DNA of 46,044 nucleotides from positions 1 to 46,044 of the forward strand of contig JAIXRE010000097.1 of the NCBI GenBank assembly GCA_027485375.1. The letters run 5' to 3'. Every line of letters begins with the position of its first letter. Position 1 is the stretch's first letter. Source of the stretch: Rickettsiaceae bacterium. Its GTDB lineage: Bacteria > Pseudomonadota > Alphaproteobacteria > Rickettsiales > Rickettsiaceae. The notes below the pieces were generated by a model. It was given only the letters and a program-made list of their open reading frames with translations, did not search any database and was not told the origin of the DNA. A program made the position numbers and the translations under genes. Positions 45,256-46,044 of this stretch are shown here, piece after piece.

Positions 45256-45323
45256 TAACCGTAACGTCACTATCTATAGCTATAGCGACTCTCCCATTAT
45301 TTCTGCAGTATGTTCAGGCTCTT
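45222..45323. repeat. Duplicated junction module, copy A
   Basis: See 44004-44105. The two copies are offset by 1218 bp. Confidence 0.9.
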
Positions 45324-45885
45324 CGTTATGCTCAGGCTCTTGCGTGGTATCGGCACTAGCCTTGCCCCTGCCATTAACAGCCACCATATGCTCGAATAGT
45401 AGCCTGCATGTTTCGTCATGCTCTTCCTTGCTAATACGAGATGTATGTTCTAATAGTAACTTACATATTTTTGTATCTCCGTTTTTTGCAGCAATATGTA
45501 CAGGAAGCTGGTGGAATCCATCCCTAACGTTAATGGCACCTACTCCTCCTCCACTTAATAGTAATTTGCACATCTCTAGATTCCACATTTTTACCGCTAT
45601 AAGCAAAGGGGTATTCAGACCTTCATCTCTATTATATATACTGGCTCCATGCGACAAGAACAGCTTGCACATTGCTAGATCTCCATTTTTTATAACCACA
45701 GGAAAAAGATCTATCCAACACATCGTATTATAAGTATAAGATTTTTCCCTCTCCACTATTGAACGAACTTCCTCTGTATCACCACTCATTACAGCGTTGT
45801 ACAATGCAGGATTTTTATCTTTTACATACTTAATTTTTTCACGCCATTGCATCATTTTATGCGCCTTTTCATTAATATAATTCAT
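45280..45885 (-). CDS. Ankyrin-repeat protein (201 aa from ATG 45885)
   Basis: Contains ankyrin motifs (NTPLLIAVKMWNLEMCKLLL, LPVHIAAKNGDTKICKLLLEH). It has the same C-terminal tail as the downstream gene. Confidence 0.85.
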   Translation of the reverse strand: MNYINEKAHKMMQWREKIKYVKDKNPALYNAVMSGDTEEVRSIVEREKSYTYNTMCWIDLFPVVIKNGDLAMCKLFLSHGASIYNRDEGLNTPLLIAVKMWNLEMCKLLLSGGGVGAINVRDGFHQLPVHIAAKNGDTKICKLLLEHTSRISKEEHDETCRLLFEHMVAVNGRGKASADTTQEPEHNEEPEHTAEIMGESL

Positions 45886-46044
45886 TAGCAAGTAACGATA
45901 TCCTTAATAAATCGAAGATAGAAGATTGTCAAACCTTTTGCAATTAGGTTGCATTCTTTGAGAGCAAATTTATATAATCCTTAAGCTCAAGAATCCACGC
46001 CTACAAATTGCCATGCTTTTTTCTCGTAATAAAAGCGCATAAAA

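Noticed and set aside
44108-45733. Ser/Cys/Leu-rich plus-strand ORFs (44108-44500, 44552-44764, 44783-45001, 45218-45733) with their own internal repeats.
   Set aside because: They are mirror images of the ankyrin repeats on the other strand. Their periodicity is inherited from the ANK coding repeats, and the ankyrin frames have clear family motifs.

Overview
This window is a visibly AT-rich bacterial chromosome segment that looks like an obligate-intracellular alphaproteobacterium of the Rickettsiales type. All family and product assignments come from reading the supplied translations by eye; no database search was possible.

Contents from left to right:
- 1-8.4 kb: a complete S10/spc ribosomal-protein operon block on the minus strand, from rpsJ through rpsE.
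- 8.6-10.0 kb: a single tuf gene that directly precedes that block and is itself preceded by tRNA-Tyr and tRNA-Gly. This is the 'chimeric' tuf arrangement described for Rickettsia prowazekii.
- 10.2-15.1 kb: an rlmB-like methyltransferase, a 933-aa sodium:solute-symporter/histidine-kinase fusion with no partner response regulator nearby, and mltG.
- 15.1-21.1 kb: a stand-alone VirB4 paralogue with a degenerate Walker B motif. An unrecognisable 1180-aa cysteine-rich secreted protein starts 7 nt after its stop. This is my best candidate for something new.
- 21.3-31 kb: housekeeping genes (ELM1-like, tRNA-Gly, ubiX, an RDD protein, tatC, serS, lpxD-fabZ-lpxA-lpxI, cytochrome b561). A signal-peptide TPR protein made of 11 near-identical 34-aa repeats sits between fabZ and lpxA.
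- 31.1-38 kb: ppx, then a virB8-virB9(N-domain only)-virB10-virB11-virD4 operon of the rvh type.
- 38.2-39.6 kb: rpmB-rpmE, initiator tRNA-fMet and ogt.
- 39.6-46 kb: two small paralogous hypothetical membrane proteins, oligopeptidase B, a Delta-9-type desaturase with a coiled-coil tail, and a tandem ankyrin-repeat gene array.

The ankyrin array carries a duplicated 102-bp junction module and a shared acidic C-terminal tail. Other structural points are two copies of a ~137-nt palindromic (RPE/MITE-like) element, an (AT)6 tract that separates the RDD gene from its natural ATG, and an A22 homopolymer. I found no transposase, integrase, CRISPR array, rRNA or prophage genes.
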